From NCBI GenBank assembly GCA_030265395.1, contig JARFYF010000001.1:21534667-21598666 (forward strand): a stretch of 64,000 nucleotides of DNA. Reading direction: 5' to 3'. This stretch comes from Rhina ancylostomus. Taxonomy: Eukaryota. Under the pieces are notes generated by a model, which saw only the letters and a program-made list of their open reading frames with translations, did no database searches and was not told the DNA's origin. Position numbers and translations under genes: made by a program. This document shows, piece after piece, positions 61,878-64,000 of the stretch; position 1 is the stretch's first letter, and each line of letters begins with the position of its first letter.

Positions 61878-64000
61878 TCCATGGATCTCAGAGAGATTTC
61901 TACGTTTAGTTTACTGGGCTTTGCAGTCGTTCACTTGGCAGGCATTTTGCATTGTTCTGGAACTAATACAGGGACATTGTTTACTTTGGGCCAGCAAATG
62001 GTCATCTCCCTCTTTCTCTGTCTCTCTCTCTCTGTCTCTTTCTCTTCCTCCCCCTCCCCCCCCCGCCCCTCATCCGTGAGTGTTTACAAAATAACTCTGA
62101 AACATTTTTCAGGCACCCACTTCTTTGTAGGTTGAAGTAATACCCTGTACTGGTGCCAGCTTGCAGCCTGATGATTAAAACTTCTGTGGTGGTTCTTGAG
62201 TAAATCTAGAGGAGCCATGTGTAAGGAATGGCCCATTTTAGACCAGAAACAGATAACACTAGAGCAAAGTCCCTACAGCTATTAGGAAAAAAAACTAGCT
62301 CGATTTTGTCTTTTTATGAAGAGAAAGGATTAAATCCTTCATTTTGAAATGAAAAAAAAAGCCCAGTAGATTATTATTTTAGCTCAAATTCACATATTCT
62401 TGCCAATTAAGGGAACATGTTTTTGTTATTTAAGGTATCCAGGCGGATTAGGCTACCTCTCATTTTTGTAAACTGCATTAATTAAAAATCTAGAGGTTTG
62501 CATAAGTTATTGAACAAGTAGTCTTCAGATTACACCAAGAATGCTTTACTACCAAATTGATTTCTGATTTTTTTAAAAGAGAACAATTTCAGTATCACTT
62601 GTAGTTGTCTTGGTGAGGGGGTGCTGGGTTTATCAGTGCAACAGAATAGTTATGTTCAACCAAGCACTATTGTTCCATCTTTCCCACAGTCAAAGTGAGG
62701 TCTCTGAGCCAATAGCTGGTGTTGTGGTTTGTGCTTATTGCTCAGAGGAGACATTCTTGTCAGGACAGAAATTGGTATTTATGAAGAGAACAATATTTAC
62801 TGTCACCCAGGTCTTGCAGGTTGGGAAGGTATTCCTGCCCTTTGAGGGTGATATATGTCTTGCTGCTGCCCCTACACTGAGACATGACTTCATTGCTTGT
62901 TTAGCTTGTGCTGATATTTGTGAGTGCAGTACCTAGTGATTAATCATGTATCACCCTTTTCTCTGAAGTATTTGAATCACACTGCACTGAGCTGCTCACG
63001 TGTTATTCAGAAAGAATGCTGTGGACAAGCAAAAGACCTTACAAGGCATGTTTTTTGTGGAATAAAAAGCCTTTTAATGCTTGTCCAGCCTTAGATAATT
63101 TTATTCACTCCTTCAAGCCCTCCCTTTATTTCCCTTGCACCCAGAGACCAGTTTTTAGGGGGTAGGTTGATAGCTTCCCAGGGCTTGGGCCTTTTGTTGT
63201 AGCCTGAGACAAATATATCCAGTGAAGCCTTGAACCCTTGTGCAATAAAGTATCTTCGACATGTTGCTAAGAAATGGTTAAACTGCCGTTGCAAAGGAAG
63301 GGCACAACCAATTGTGCCAAGGTATATCTGGACCACACAGCTAGGTTGAAGACGAATATCCCCACTTTATGTAAAAAAAATCATTTATTTTCAAAGGGTA
63401 TTTCTCAGGCTGAACTTGGCTAAACCCTTGTGGTCACACCTCTTTGAAAAGGTTTTGTTTCGCCCGTCAATTGGTATTCAAACCAGGTCAGCATTTCTGT
63501 TTGCCCAACTTTGCTGCCGTTTTCATTTTAATTTGCACCTGTTGTGCAGTTGTTGGAAAGGCAAGTGCAGGCCCGCGGATTGTACAAAGATCATATTATG
63601 AGTAGATATGCACAGTGTAATCTTTTTGTCTGGCTAATGTTTTTTTAAAGAATTTTTAATGTTACTTTTTAAAGGACTAAAATTAAACAGCAAATCTTCC
63701 AAAAGCTGCAGATATCATGGCCTGGAGTTGTTAATAGAAAAGATTTCAATGTCGTACAAATTCATGAGAGCAGGATTCTAAACCTGATACAACCAAAATT
63801 CTGTTCCTGCCACTCTGTATAATCTGATAGCTGGCAAGAGCTACTCAAGATAGCTCAGCAGATAAAACCAAAGGATTTCTCTATGAAAGAGTGAAGAAAT
63901 CAAAACGAGCCTGAAAAGAGTTGGAATTTTTTTTGTTTCTTCTTCCCATGATGTCATATAACTGAGCTGTTTGGTTTTGAGCATGTGTATTTGCATGCAA

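Noticed and set aside
62610-62936. 108-aa ORF with CxxC motifs and an acceptor at about 62689
   Set aside because: No recognisable domain and a weak donor, so it cannot be told from chance.

Overview
AT-rich, CpG-depleted vertebrate DNA with 15 assembly gaps (N-runs of 10, 50, 100 and 131-290 nt). The repeat families (CR1 3' ends, V-domain HE1-like SINEs, Deu-domain SacSINE-like SINEs, Penelope-derived palindromic elements, L2 and Rex1 remnants) point to a cartilaginous fish, probably a batoid (inference). I cannot identify any intact gene. The supplied ORFs are LINE fragments, microsatellite or N-run artefacts, or noise. The window reads like a long intron or gene desert containing several CpG-retaining, CNE-like segments. 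Best leads: (1) short Penelope-derived elements with 10-13 bp target-site duplications and decayed minimal hammerhead ribozyme cores; (2) a CpG-rich ~120-nt hairpin at 57.4 kb whose G-U pairs all favour the + strand; (3) a candidate 84-nt + strand cassette exon at 2375-2458 downstream of an RBFOX (TGCATG) cluster; (4) a fixed-spacing motif TCTGTGG-N11-TTGAGAGG repeated three times at 16.8-17.0 kb. Repeat family names come from recalled consensus resemblance, not a database search, and element boundaries are approximate.
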